From IMG/VR virus record IMGVR_UViG_3300034106_001169: a stretch of 56,203 bases of DNA. One strand, written 5' to 3'. The position numbers and the translations under genes were made by a program. Under the pieces are notes generated by a model. The model made no database searches and was not told the DNA's origin. It saw nothing but the letters and a program-made list of their open reading frames with translations. Source of the DNA: a virus (taxonomy: Duplodnaviria > Heunggongvirae > Uroviricota > Caudoviricetes). Position 1 is the first letter of the stretch; each line of letters begins with the position of its first letter. Positions 1 through 10,042 of the stretch are shown one piece after another.

Positions 1-1064
1 AAGCCAGCTTCATTAGTGTACATTTTAACACGTCTGTCTTTAACATCCACACGTCTGTAGAATAAGTCACCAAATACAGAACGAATCAAGTTAGCTGTAA
101 ACTCACCACGATTGTATTGTACTAAGTTACCATTGTTACGCATTCTGTGATATACACCAGCAGAAGTACGCTTTAATTCTTGCTTAGAACCATTAGTCTT
201 CACAGTTCCAGGACGAGCCCAGATCATACGCTTAACTTTTAATTCTAACATAGACTTACGCATCCAGAACTCAATAAATGGTTCCCACTTAACATCGTTA
301 CGAGTTAAAGGTAATTGGTTACGTCTTTGAGGAGCATATACTAAGATATCTAAAGGTTTGCCAGAAGCATCTCTCATCATCTTGTCATCAGCCCACTCAG
401 TGATTTTGTGCTCATAACCATATGCAGAACCTAAAGATTCAAACATAGTGATTTGCTCACCTAAACGAGGAAGACCTAATAAGTCTTGGTCGAATTCACC
501 AATCGCAGCATCAACTAACTCTAATTCCACACCCACTTGCAAGAAGATAGGGCTTACGAAATCTACAGTTGGGTTGTCACTCACTAAAGTGAAAGTGTAT
601 AAGAATCCAACGTTCCAAGGAACTGGATCTTTTACTACGTAAAAACGAGGACCATATTGACGTGTACCTACAGAGATAATTGCGTTCTTAGAAAATTCAT
701 TAGTATCAACAATTACTTGAAACTCTTGTCCATCAATACCAGGCTTGTTTAATTCCTGTGTAGAAGTTGGAACATCAATAAATTTTGGGAACTTGTAAGG
801 TACTTGCACTTGCCATTTCCAAGCATCACTATTGTTATCAATATAGTAAGGAGTAGACTTGTTAATCATGTCTAAGAAGTCATTACTATAAAGAGAACTC
901 TGAGTGTATAAGCTGATGATTTTCTTATCATAGTCAGCAGGCTCAGTTGAGTGAAAGCTCTCTAAATGGTTTGCGTCAGTCAATTTACCTACAGCACGCT
1001 TGTCCATAGAAGCTACTCTAGCATAGGTAAAACCAGTTAAACCTGGGATTGTTTGAATTGCCAT
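1..1064 (-). CDS. Major capsid protein, crAss-like (N-terminal ~354 aa; runs off the left edge, absent from the ORF track)
   Basis: Hand translation from ATG at 1064 gives an open frame to the window edge: MAIQTIPGLTGFTYARVASMDKRAVGKLTDANHLESFHSTEPADYDKKIISLYTQSSLYSNDFLDMINK...KWEPFIEFWMRKSMLELKVKRMIWARPG...AGIYHRMRNNGN. Gene order TerL-portal-scaffold-MCP matches the crAss-like head module. Confidence 0.85.
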   Translation of the reverse strand, partial: MAIQTIPGLTGFTYARVASMDKRAVGKLTDANHLESFHSTEPADYDKKIISLYTQSSLYSNDFLDMINKSTPYYIDNNSDAWKWQVQVPYKFPKFIDVPTSTQELNKPGIDGQEFQVIVDTNEFSKNAIISVGTRQYGPRFYVVKDPVPWNVGFLYTFTLVSDNPTVDFVSPIFLQVGVELELVDAAIGEFDQDLLGLPRLGEQITMFESLGSAYGYEHKITEWADDKMMRDASGKPLDILVYAPQRRNQLPLTRNDVKWEPFIEFWMRKSMLELKVKRMIWARPGTVKTNGSKQELKRTSAGVYHRMRNNGNLVQYNRGEFTANLIRSVFGDLFYRRVDVKDRRVKMYTNEAG

Positions 1065-1100
1065 TTGTTATTCTTTTTTAATTTTTGTTATATAAATTGT

Positions 1101-2384
1101 TTATTTAAACCAAGAAGTGGATTGTGTAACTGGTTTAGATTTCACTGAACTCTTCTGGGCTTGTCTGGCAACTTCACCAAATAATTCATTAGACTTTTTG
1201 GTGATACCTGTCTTTTGAATAGTTGATAATGTAGGATCTTTCTCCATTATCTTCATTAGCAACGCAAGCTTTACTTTTGTTGCATGATTCTCAGGACGTT
1301 TCAGCTCCAGAATTGTACGATCAAAATCAGTGAGAGTCTCACCTGAATTTGTTTTGTACTTGTCTGTTACTAGGAAATCTTGTAGTTCACCAGCTAATTT
1401 AGTGTTAATTGGTATGCCATCAAATTCTTTAGCTTTTATTTTCTCTTGTAAAACATTGTTTACATTTTGATAATATTGCTGTTTGATAGCTTGTTGTTGT
1501 TGTAATTGGGCCTCTCTTTCTTGCTCCATTTGTTGGAGCTTTTGGCCTTCTTTCTTTATTAGGACTTTATGGTGTTTCGTAGCAACACTTTCTAGGTCAC
1601 CATAATTTTTTAATCTTTCAACTTCTGTTGTAACATCTTCAGGCTCAAATCCTTGATCAGTCAAAGCTTGTTTAATAACAGCTATTTGATTGTTCTCTTG
1701 AGTTAAGTCCATATCAGAGAAAGATTTGATTTGGTTAAATGCACCAAAGTAATCTTCAGGTTTTACACCTTTTACATATATGGCATCAAATGCTTTTTGA
1801 TAATCTTCTCCAAACTGACCAATGAAGTTATCTACAATTTCAATAGCTCCTTTCTTCTTCTCTGCTTGGAACTTTTCCAAGAAAGCTTCAGGAGTATCTA
1901 TTGTAACGTCTTCCTCATCTTCTTCTTTTGAGAATACACCTAGTTTGAAAAGATCTCTTGATAATGCAGTGAATTGACTCGTAGGAGCTTCTTCACCTTC
2001 TTCATTATCATCTTTACTATCTTCTTGATTATCAGCATTTTGTACAGCTTTCTTAGCTGGTGCAGCTGCTGATTCATCATTTGTTTCTTCCTCGCTTTCT
2101 TCATTATCCTCACCATATAAGAAACTTTGAATATCCTTTGTAGGATTTTCATCTTTCTTTTCAGGTTCTGGTTCTGAAGCAGCTGGTTGTTTAGAAGTAG
2201 TTTTCTTTGTTGGAGCAGGAGCAGGTGCAGGTTCATTATTAATGTCCTGAATATCATCAGGGCTAGAAGTTGCACTTTCAGGGGACAATAAGTCATTTAA
2301 TAACTCTTGACTACCCATTCCCATGTCCATAGTATCTTGAATACTAAAGTTGCCCAGTTGGGGCATATCTAGATTTTCAGCCAT
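1101..2384 (-). CDS. Acidic, coiled-coil head morphogenesis protein (scaffold-like) upstream of the MCP
   Basis: Very acidic low-complexity N-terminal half, Gln-rich coiled coil, position immediately upstream of the MCP; role inferred from position and composition. Confidence 0.6.
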   Translation of the reverse strand: MAENLDMPQLGNFSIQDTMDMGMGSQELLNDLLSPESATSSPDDIQDINNEPAPAPAPTKKTTSKQPAASEPEPEKKDENPTKDIQSFLYGEDNEESEEETNDESAAAPAKKAVQNADNQEDSKDDNEEGEEAPTSQFTALSRDLFKLGVFSKEEDEEDVTIDTPEAFLEKFQAEKKKGAIEIVDNFIGQFGEDYQKAFDAIYVKGVKPEDYFGAFNQIKSFSDMDLTQENNQIAVIKQALTDQGFEPEDVTTEVERLKNYGDLESVATKHHKVLIKKEGQKLQQMEQEREAQLQQQQAIKQQYYQNVNNVLQEKIKAKEFDGIPINTKLAGELQDFLVTDKYKTNSGETLTDFDRTILELKRPENHATKVKLALLMKIMEKDPTLSTIQKTGITKKSNELFGEVARQAQKSSVKSKPVTQSTSWFK

Positions 2385-2413
2385 ATGTAGTTGTATTTAT
2401 TTGGTTTTCAATG

Positions 2414-2444
2414 TAAAAGTATATCAAGTTAAATTAACAGCAAA
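2414..2444 (-). promoter_or_regulatory. Bacteroidota-type primary-sigma promoter (variant -7 box) for scaffold/MCP
   Basis: Minus strand TTTG (2441-2444)-N19-TACTTTTA (2414-2421); one mismatch to the TAnnTTTG consensus, 30 nt upstream of the 2384 start. Confidence 0.5.
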
Positions 2445-2502
2445 GAGACAAGGCTCTATATAGATCATTATTCAATATAATATAGCATTAATGTTTTTTA
2501 CT

Positions 2503-3033
2503 CTAATCTAATTTGTTAGTAAAATTGTCATTTATAAGTCTAAAGCTTCTGATTGGAGCCAAGTCAGTAAGGGTAACTTGTTGAACCTCAACTCCCCACT
2601 TCCTAGCTTCCACCCTAACCTTCTTTGTCAAAGTGTTGTCAAGTTCTGAATCTGTACATTCATCCATACTCATAGACATAATGACATTTTTGATGATGCT
2701 TTGAGACATATCTGACAGAGCATCCTGGGCATCAAATACCTCAAGAAGAAATATCTTGACATCAGCTATCTTATATTTAATGACTCCTTTCACTACAATG
2801 TTCTGCTTGTCTTTAGTATATAAAGATTGGGCATCTAAACTGAGAGTTGTGACAACCACATGTTGGTCAATCACTTCATCAAATAGAGGCATCTTGAAAT
2901 GTATTCCAGGTTTGAGTACTCTTTTAAAGATACCAAACCTGAGTAATACTGCTTCTTCATAGTCTCTAATAATGATAGCTGGTGTGAGTTGTAACCACCA
3001 ATTGGTGATTATCTCTATCAGTTTATCAAACAT
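2503..3033 (-). CDS. SPFH / band 7 (stomatin-prohibitin-HflC) domain protein
   Basis: YEEAVLLRFG, LKPGIHFKMPLFDEV, LYTKDKQNIVVKGVIKYKI and KWGVEVQQVTLTDL are typical SPFH segments. Confidence 0.9.
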   Translation of the reverse strand: MFDKLIEIITNWWLQLTPAIIIRDYEEAVLLRFGIFKRVLKPGIHFKMPLFDEVIDQHVVVTTLSLDAQSLYTKDKQNIVVKGVIKYKIADVKIFLLEVFDAQDALSDMSQSIIKNVIMSMSMDECTDSELDNTLTKKVRVEARKWGVEVQQVTLTDLAPIRSFRLINDNFTNKLD

Positions 3034-3035
3034 AT

Positions 3036-5618
3036 TTATTTAGTTTTCTTAGCTCTGCCCTTGGCATTCTCCTTGGCCACAGCTAAATCATTTGCTTGGT
3101 TTTCTCTAGCTATCTTTAACTTCTCTCTTTCTATTTCTAGTTTTTGAGAAGCTAATTGATTTTTACTTTGTACATCCATCATCTTAGCCTGATAGTCTCT
3201 TTCAGCTTTTGATTGAGCTAGGGCTAGTTTATCTATTTCTAAAACATCAGGGGTACCACTTGCGTCAATATCTGATAAAGGACCTGCTTTAGATTCAGCT
3301 GCAATAAGAGCAATCTCTTTCTTGTTGATTCTATCAAGCTCTGCTTGGTAGTTTTCATTAGCTATTTTCTCTTCAGATTGTTGTTGAGCTAATTGAATTT
3401 GAGCTTGAGCTTGTTGTTGTTGTTGCTCAAGTTCTTGTTGTTTTTGTTGTAACTGAGCATTCTGTAAAGCTTCTTGTCTATCTTTCAACTTCTTAAAGAC
3501 TTGCTTCATTTGTCTCATTGAGTTAGTACTGTAAAGCTCAATCACATCATGTAAGCTACCACCATTTTGGATGACAGCTTGAGATAATCCTCTAATCTCA
3601 CTAAACATTTGTCTGTCTTCTGGTCTATTAGTTAAGAATACTTTAAGATCTCTGAAACGTAAATCTGTACCATTTACAGAAACAAACGCAGATTCTCCTT
3701 CATTAGTAATATAAGAAATAGTAGATTGTGGTTTAGCACTTTCTATATATAAAGCTGCGTCAACAATTGCTTGATACAATTGACCTAGTACATATTCATG
3801 AGCTACAAATAAAGGTTCTGTCTGAGCGTAAGATTGTGTAATAGCTGCATTAGTACCTGTAGCTGATTCACTAGCTTGTACAGATCCAAGTCTTTGTCTT
3901 GACATACCAATTAATTCCCAGCACTCATTCTTTATTTGTTGTGCTAGAGTATATCTTGCTTGGATTTCCTGTGTACGTGTAAGGTCAAGACTTGTAAATT
4001 GGTTGAAGCTAGATGGACTCTTTAAGTTCTCAGGACTATCATCAACAAATACTACACCTCTATTACGTGCTTCCATTTCCCAGATATCTAATGCATCTTG
4101 AGCATCACCATCCTTAGGAATAGGAATATGTCGAATAGACATTAACTGCACCTTACCTACTTCTTTCTCTAATAACTTATAAAGTTGATTCATACAAACA
4201 TTATAAATTACTTGGAAAGGCTTCATCATATCCACTAAGCTCTTAGCTTCTGTGTTCTTAACTTCAAATGTTTGTCCAATGATTGGGCAATAAGGTAATA
4301 ACTTATAAGGTTTAATATGATAGATGTCTGGACCAATCTTAATACCTTGGTACCATTGGTTAATCCATCCCCACTCTAATGAAATTTGTGTAGGAATATT
4401 ATTAGACTTATAGTCTTCATCAACTAACATAGACTGTTCGTTGCCCATCTCATCTGTATATATAACTTTACCAATCTTCTTTTTACTAATCCAATATGCT
4501 CTTACCACCACATACTTATAACCAAATGAGCTTACATTAGATGTAAGTCCTAAGAAGTCTTTAAGACCATCATTATTTTCTTTCATCTCAGACTCAATAA
4601 TCATTCTAGTTTGTAGAACAAGAGGATCGTATGTATCATATTGAATAGAGTCATTACCTGGAACAGCATTAGGATTACCTAAGTTAGATTCACGTACATT
4701 GATTAATCCATAGTCTTGTAATGAACTACGTAAGTGATCAATCTCATCTTTAGTTAAGTCAGGAACTGATTCAATAATCTCAGATAGTTCTAATACCTGT
4801 ACAGTACCAGCAGCATATGCTCCTTGATTTCTACCTGTAGGATCTGAAATATATTTTCTATCAGGAGTAGTTAAGAACCAAGTGTTTTTAGGGTTAGCTA
4901 CCTCAATGTTAAAACCAGTTTTAGAATTGTCCTCGTATACATGGAAGAACTCTCTAGAAGAAATTAAAAGATCTCTAAATGCATCTTCAGATTTCTCCTT
5001 TAATACAAACTCAGCTTTCTCAGCAGTCAATACGTGGTTTGCCCATTTCTCTGCTACAGATGTATAATTGTCAAGTTCATCTTTTACTTGTTGTAATGTT
5101 TTCTCTTGTAACTCCTCATCTGTAATCTCCACTCCATCAAATGAAGCTTTTTCTAATATCTTTCTTTGTGCTTGAGAAACAACGTAGTCTTGTAATAGTT
5201 GAGTTTTAAATTCTAACTCTTCAGACTTACTATCATCATCAAATGCTTTGACACGAAATGCATCAGGTCTTTTACTAATCTCTCCCACTAATTCATTAAT
5301 AGGAGTGGTCATTATAGAATAATGTTTTACATAGGCAGGAAGTTCAAGATCTGCTGTAAGCACATCTGTGAAGCTTCTTACTTCTGGTTCTACAAAGAAA
5401 TCCTCTCTTCTTAAAATACCCTTTACAAGATCATAGTTCTTTACAAATGTATCTCTAGCTTTAACATATTCAGCATATGCCTTATTGGCAAAGTAATCCA
5501 TTGAATTCTTTATCCAGCTCTCATCCATCTTTTCCTTCTCAGTTTTAAACTGATCAGGGAAGATATTCAGATAAGCATATCTTATAGTTGCGTCTTTCGT
5601 GTATCTTATAATTGCCAT
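3036..5618 (-). CDS. Portal protein, crAss-like
   Basis: 860 aa directly downstream of TerL; NYDLVKG, KHYSIMTTPINELVGEISKRP, ELIGMSRQRLG, SESATG and a Gln-rich C-terminal coiled coil fit crAss-like portals. Confidence 0.85.
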   Translation of the reverse strand: MAIIRYTKDATIRYAYLNIFPDQFKTEKEKMDESWIKNSMDYFANKAYAEYVKARDTFVKNYDLVKGILRREDFFVEPEVRSFTDVLTADLELPAYVKHYSIMTTPINELVGEISKRPDAFRVKAFDDDSKSEELEFKTQLLQDYVVSQAQRKILEKASFDGVEITDEELQEKTLQQVKDELDNYTSVAEKWANHVLTAEKAEFVLKEKSEDAFRDLLISSREFFHVYEDNSKTGFNIEVANPKNTWFLTTPDRKYISDPTGRNQGAYAAGTVQVLELSEIIESVPDLTKDEIDHLRSSLQDYGLINVRESNLGNPNAVPGNDSIQYDTYDPLVLQTRMIIESEMKENNDGLKDFLGLTSNVSSFGYKYVVVRAYWISKKKIGKVIYTDEMGNEQSMLVDEDYKSNNIPTQISLEWGWINQWYQGIKIGPDIYHIKPYKLLPYCPIIGQTFEVKNTEAKSLVDMMKPFQVIYNVCMNQLYKLLEKEVGKVQLMSIRHIPIPKDGDAQDALDIWEMEARNRGVVFVDDSPENLKSPSSFNQFTSLDLTRTQEIQARYTLAQQIKNECWELIGMSRQRLGSVQASESATGTNAAITQSYAQTEPLFVAHEYVLGQLYQAIVDAALYIESAKPQSTISYITNEGESAFVSVNGTDLRFRDLKVFLTNRPEDRQMFSEIRGLSQAVIQNGGSLHDVIELYSTNSMRQMKQVFKKLKDRQEALQNAQLQQKQQELEQQQQQAQAQIQLAQQQSEEKIANENYQAELDRINKKEIALIAAESKAGPLSDIDASGTPDVLEIDKLALAQSKAERDYQAKMMDVQSKNQLASQKLEIEREKLKIARENQANDLAVAKENAKGRAKKTK

Positions 5619-7657
5619 TATGAAAACAATTTATTGCGTTTATATTTATTTTTTGTTTGTCCAAACATGTTGTTTCTAGAATCAGTGAAGAGTATGTTTC
5701 CTCTCTTCTTCTTAAACATAGAAGCAACTCTCTCATCTGATGTTCCACCTATCCTACCCATAATTGGGTCCATCTTTAAAGCCTGTGCTATGGCTAACTC
5801 TGCAGCTACAATTCTATCAAAGTTTCCTTGATCATTGTATTGAATGATTTCTTCAAGTAATACAGGATCAAATATCTTACTTACACCTAGCACTTCTCTT
5901 ATCACTTCACCTGCTTCATTTGTTTCTTTAAAGATTGCAGCTTCCATATACTTCTTTAAACAAGTGTGAAGATAGTCAATTATCTTTGCAGCTGAACGAT
6001 GTATACCATAGTCTCTTTTTACAGTGGTGTTTGGTACAATCTCCTTTAACCATTCAGGTTGTTTTTCTAGATAATGAGCATCTCCTTTACTCTTCATATA
6101 TTCAATAAAGGATATATCATCATTCTCACAAAGAGCTCGTGCATTATAATACTTTATAAGAAGTCTAGCTTGTTCTTCCCAAGTTTCTTTCTTATCAGGT
6201 CTTGCACAATACGAAGCTACGAACATATCTTGATATTTCTCACCACTAATTTCATGCATCCTTTTATAGATGTATACAGATCCAAGTGAAGTTGAATATG
6301 CAGACTTACCTTGTCTATATGGATCGACTCCTGCTACATACAATCCATAAGGTGGATTATCTATAGGGAATTCATATATAACTATAGGTGCTTCTTTTAG
6401 GTCTGAGTTCTTTAGAGGAAAGTTAGATATGGGTAGTTTATCTGTAAACTCATGAGCTATCTTCTCTCCATCATTAAACAATACAACAGGAGTTCCTGTT
6501 TTTTCTTGTTGTAACAATCTAGCTTTCTGTCTCTTAGCACTCTCAATATCAAATATATTTGTATCCTCATTTAGAAAGATATCATCCACTTCCTGAGGAT
6601 AGTACATCTTTTCTTTTAGATAGGCTATACGATCACCAGCCTTTTTAAGTCTCTCTAAGTTATCATTAGTAATCTTTGTAGCTTTCTCTTCATCACTTAC
6701 AAGCATCTTAACATTATGTAAATCAGATTTACCTGATATATTTAAATATGCTCCTAGTGTAGATTCATCTTTAGCCTCCATCCTATACTTATGTGAGATG
6801 AACAAACCATGTATACGTTTGTCATCTTTAGCATTGTTATATGTAAGGAAGTTAAAGTTATCTACATCAAACATCAAGCTTTTAGCATCCATGAATTTCT
6901 TCATGTCACCACCAGTCCCAGTAAGTATGGGGCTACATCCCCAGCCATAGGGTGTAGTGAAACCTGGAATAGCAGCTTGTAAGCCTCGAAGGAAATTACC
7001 TTTACCAATCTCATCTATAATTAATTTACGTGGTTTTGTACCTGCAATAGCTTCTTCATTATTACCTTCATCAAGGTTACGTATTAGAATGGAAGAGAAT
7101 GGGATACGTTCACCAGACTTGGTCTTTATACCTAGAGTCACTTGGTTCTTCCAGTTGTCCTCAATTCTCTGCCATCTCCAATACTCAGGAATGAAATTCA
7201 ATCCTTTGTCAATCTTATCAGTAATCAGTTTAATATCTGGGGCATTTAAGCCTGCTATGATATTCTGACTGTTTTCATCAAAGGTTGCACCCCATGCAAT
7301 ATAGGATGCTTCAAGAACAGACTTGGCAAAACGTCTAATACCTAGAATGACTAAGCCCCTCTTTTCTTGTTGAGCTCTGTCAATTTCGTTCGTCACAAGC
7401 CATTCATTATCTCTCAATAGGGGATTAGCATATTTCTGTGCAATCCTCCCATAACTATCTATTATATCTACTTCTGTATGCCATATATTAAGGTGCCAAT
7501 ATAAAAATGGGTTGATATATGTACCACCCATCATAGCTCCATTTAAGCATAACTCTCTGTGAAAGTCAAAGAATGGCTTACACTCCTGAGAGTCTTTATC
7601 AGGAATACGCTTCTGATTTATAAACCAGTCTTTGTAGTCTATACTTTGTAGTTCCAT
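5618..7657 (-). CDS. terL: Terminase large subunit
   Basis: ATPase motifs GIRRFAKS (Walker A variant), KLIIDEIG (Walker B), LTGTGG (coupling); nuclease motifs YVAGVDPY, NFDRIVA. Confidence 0.92.
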   Translation of the reverse strand: MELQSIDYKDWFINQKRIPDKDSQECKPFFDFHRELCLNGAMMGGTYINPFLYWHLNIWHTEVDIIDSYGRIAQKYANPLLRDNEWLVTNEIDRAQQEKRGLVILGIRRFAKSVLEASYIAWGATFDENSQNIIAGLNAPDIKLITDKIDKGLNFIPEYWRWQRIEDNWKNQVTLGIKTKSGERIPFSSILIRNLDEGNNEEAIAGTKPRKLIIDEIGKGNFLRGLQAAIPGFTTPYGWGCSPILTGTGGDMKKFMDAKSLMFDVDNFNFLTYNNAKDDKRIHGLFISHKYRMEAKDESTLGAYLNISGKSDLHNVKMLVSDEEKATKITNDNLERLKKAGDRIAYLKEKMYYPQEVDDIFLNEDTNIFDIESAKRQKARLLQQEKTGTPVVLFNDGEKIAHEFTDKLPISNFPLKNSDLKEAPIVIYEFPIDNPPYGLYVAGVDPYRQGKSAYSTSLGSVYIYKRMHEISGEKYQDMFVASYCARPDKKETWEEQARLLIKYYNARALCENDDISFIEYMKSKGDAHYLEKQPEWLKEIVPNTTVKRDYGIHRSAAKIIDYLHTCLKKYMEAAIFKETNEAGEVIREVLGVSKIFDPVLLEEIIQYNDQGNFDRIVAAELAIAQALKMDPIMGRIGGTSDERVASMFKKKRGNILFTDSRNNMFGQTKNKYKRNKLFS

Positions 7658-7989
7658 TATTTTCTATTTGCTAAGAACTCAGCAGCAGCTCCTGATAACT
7701 CACCTTTACCTCTCACTTCCACTTTTGCTTCTTCCATGCTTCTTAGCTTGTCAACCACCTCTACCAATGCTAAATAGTTCTTCATTGTCTCTTGGACAAA
7801 TTTACCTTGAGCTTCTATAGAGGCTATCACCATTGGTAACATTCCTCCTTTAGATGTAGGTTTCCACTCAATCCTATCTTTCAATTCATGTAGTGGGTTA
7901 GCATCAACATAAGCTTTCCATGTTTTGAGTTGTGACTCAGCCCATTCAAGCTCTGTATTTATAAATGTAGTTTTCTTAATAGTCGCCAT
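7657..7989 (-). CDS. Helical hypothetical protein, terminase small subunit candidate
   Basis: 110 aa, predicted helical, overlaps the terL start; assignment by position only. Confidence 0.35.
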   Translation of the reverse strand: MATIKKTTFINTELEWAESQLKTWKAYVDANPLHELKDRIEWKPTSKGGMLPMVIASIEAQGKFVQETMKNYLALVEVVDKLRSMEEAKVEVRGKGELSGAAAEFLANRK

Positions 7990-8260
7990 CTTCTTCCTCC
8001 TCCTTGAGGATATTATCGAGGTCCATACCCTCTTTGATTATTTTTTCTAGTTCAGATTCATCTGTATGTGGAACATCCATTTCTATTTCAGACTTATACT
8101 TGCTAAGAGCAAATGCAAGTTCTTTATCTGTCAATCCCCAAATATCACCATAATCTGCAAGAGCTGTAGCTAGGTGTCTTCCAATGTTATACGTTGGAAA
8201 GTCCTTATGTAGTTCTTGTAATATATCAATCACTTCTGTATAGTGAGTCTTTTTACTCAT
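7976..8260 (-). CDS. Acidic hypothetical protein
   Basis: Tightly packed ORF in the packaging operon, no recognised motif. Confidence 0.6.
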   Translation of the reverse strand: MSKKTHYTEVIDILQELHKDFPTYNIGRHLATALADYGDIWGLTDKELAFALSKYKSEIEMDVPHTDESELEKIIKEGMDLDNILKEEEEDGDY

Positions 8261-8265
8261 TAGTC

Positions 8266-8520
8266 TTATATTAATTCATTTAAATCATCATCTGTTAACT
8301 TCTCAGTTCTAATCTCCACTTCTAGATCAATACCTTCAAAGTTTTTCTTTCCCTGATCTGTCATGTATTCTCCAGTGAAGGCTATGCCCATTCTATCAAA
8401 CTCTTTGCCAGGAACTCCCACTACATCAATATAATCTATACCCTTGTTATATAGGTCAACAAGTGTATCAATTAACTTGTCCAGTGGAATCTTCTCTATT
8501 TTTACTTCCCTCTTTGCCAT
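8266..8520 (-). CDS. Acidic hypothetical protein
   Basis: Tightly packed ORF in the packaging operon. Confidence 0.6.
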   Translation of the reverse strand: MAKREVKIEKIPLDKLIDTLVDLYNKGIDYIDVVGVPGKEFDRMGIAFTGEYMTDQGKKNFEGIDLEVEIRTEKLTDDDLNELI

Positions 8521-8815
8521 ATATTGTTTCTATTAATTGATTTTCATCATCCCTAGATTCTATTTCTGCAACCCATTTTTCTATGGGACAAGCACAAGAT
8601 AAACACTTAGTTTTGGCTGAGAGAACACATCCACAATGTGTACAATGTTTATCAAACCTACGAGGTTTCTTAGGTTTGTTTTCAGAACACCATTCACATG
8701 CATCACAGATAGCCATACGTTCTTGACTCACCTGTCTTATATGTTCCTTCATGTCGTCTGCTGGAAAGAGGTTATTCTTCCACCCCTCGTAAATCTGAGA
8801 GAAGTTGATCTTCAT
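8468..8815 (-). CDS. Cys-rich putative zinc-binding protein
   Basis: RMAICDACEWC...CTHCGC...KTKCLSCACPIEKW pattern. Confidence 0.65.
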   Translation of the reverse strand: MKINFSQIYEGWKNNLFPADDMKEHIRQVSQERMAICDACEWCSENKPKKPRRFDKHCTHCGCVLSAKTKCLSCACPIEKWVAEIESRDDENQLIETIYGKEGSKNREDSTGQVN

Positions 8816-9158
8816 AGATAGTTTTTGTTTTTAACAAATTGATCAGAGCTTCTGTTTTTTCTAGTGTCACTTGAGACGAACGTCTCTTTTGTTCAGATGT
8901 CGTTTCATCTGATATTATCTTTTCCATTGCCTGCTTCTTAGCATTCAATTGTCCAAGTCGTTTTGTAGCCTTCTTTTCATTGAAGTAAAACTTACCAAAG
9001 CCAGATATCTCTAGGCTATTGTTTAAATCCATCGCTTCGTTTGCAGACTGAAACTGGTGATTTATCACAGTCTCAATTGTCTTCTCACTTGTCAACATCT
9101 TCACTGCTAGAGTTCTAATTAGGTAGTCTTTGACAGACATGCTTATAGGCTTATCCAT
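8772..9158 (-). CDS. HU/IHF-like DNA-binding protein
   Basis: LIRTLAVK...IETVINHQF...LEISGFGKFYF resembles the HU/IHF signature (V-x-I/L-x-G-F-G-x-F); IHF-like genes are known near terL in crAss-like phages. Confidence 0.75.
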   Translation of the reverse strand: MDKPISMSVKDYLIRTLAVKMLTSEKTIETVINHQFQSANEAMDLNNSLEISGFGKFYFNEKKATKRLGQLNAKKQAMEKIISDETTSEQKRRSSQVTLEKTEALINLLKTKTIYEDQLLSDLRGVEE

Positions 9159-9510
9159 GTATTAGACTTATTTGCAATATGATGTCCTTCTCGAAGTTCA
9201 GCAGAATAAGAGGATTGACCTTCACCTTTGTCCCATCCTTTACAAACACCCCCATCTTCTTCAGCTTACTAATGATGTTATTAATAGCAGCAGATGTGCT
9301 GTCATATGTCTGGCAAAACTCCTGTCTAATATTAGCATAGGAGATGTTACCCTTTATAGCAGCAAACGCAATTAATTGCACTTCCCTATTGGTGAGCTTA
9401 AGGTCATTGATGGCTGACAATATTCTATAATACTTCTCAGCCAAGGCAATATCATCCTTCACTGATTTTTTCAGTCGCTGTACAATGGGAGATTTTGGTT
9501 TGGTTTCCAT
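9151..9510 (-). CDS. Winged helix-turn-helix protein
   Basis: KLTNREVQLI...TSAAINNIISKLKKMGVFVK is a MarR-like wHTH pattern. Confidence 0.6.
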   Translation of the reverse strand: METKPKSPIVQRLKKSVKDDIALAEKYYRILSAINDLKLTNREVQLIAFAAIKGNISYANIRQEFCQTYDSTSAAINNIISKLKKMGVFVKDGTKVKVNPLILLNFEKDIILQISLIHG

Positions 9511-9522
9511 AATTAGTTAACA

Positions 9523-9553
9523 CAAAGGTATGTATATTCCATTGATTGTCAAA
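9523..9553 (-). promoter_or_regulatory. Bacteroidota primary-sigma promoter for the packaging/head operon
   Basis: Minus strand TTTG (9550-9553)-N19-TACCTTTG (9523-9530), exact consensus, 13 nt upstream of the 9510 start. Confidence 0.75.
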
Positions 9554-9588
9554 TAACTATTTTAGTTATTATAAAAGTTAATGCTATA

Positions 9589-9834
9589 TTATGCACCAAA
9601 TCTCCTGAACAGGAAAATAACACTGAATATAAGCAAGCCTATTCTAAGCTCTTGCTCTAGTCCACCATCGTCTGTAACGTAGTTTCTATTAGATATTCCT
9701 AGTTCAAAACTATTGTAATCCTTAGGGAGAAACTCTATACCAAATTCCCATTCTTCAAAATTGGCAAACCCCCATATCACTACAGCTATCATAAGGACAG
9801 CCACTATTGTTAACAACACATTTAATACTACCAT
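9589..9834 (-). CDS. Small membrane protein
   Basis: Hydrophobic N-terminal helix and hydrophobic C-terminal segment. Confidence 0.6.
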   Translation of the reverse strand: MVVLNVLLTIVAVLMIAVVIWGFANFEEWEFGIEFLPKDYNSFELGISNRNYVTDDGGLEQELRIGLLIFSVIFLFRRFGA

Positions 9835-9890
9835 ATATCTAAGCTTTGTTTAATGAGGAGGTATTAGCAGGGCCCCCCCTAAATCCCCCC

Positions 9891-9923
9891 CAAAGATACA
9901 GGTAAATATTCTTACCCACCAAA
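9891..9923 (-). promoter_or_regulatory. Bacteroidota primary-sigma promoter
   Basis: Minus strand TTTG (9920-9923)-N21-TATCTTTG (9891-9898), exact consensus, upstream of the 9834 start. Confidence 0.7.
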
Positions 9924-9955
9924 TTTATTTTTTAATGGGTCATAAAAAGGACAAC

Positions 9956-10042
9956 CTATAACTTGACATGTCCCTTATAAGACACATTAAGTAAAGCTAT
10001 AGCTTGACTAAACATCCCCTAGGGTAAAGCTATTCCTTGACA
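9956..10042. repeat. Three degenerate direct repeats CTATnnCTTGAC in the divergent intergenic region
   Basis: ctataacttgaca 9956-9968, ctatagcttgact 9997-10009, ctattccttgaca 10030-10042; copies 2 and 3 extend to gtaaagctat. Confidence 0.7.
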
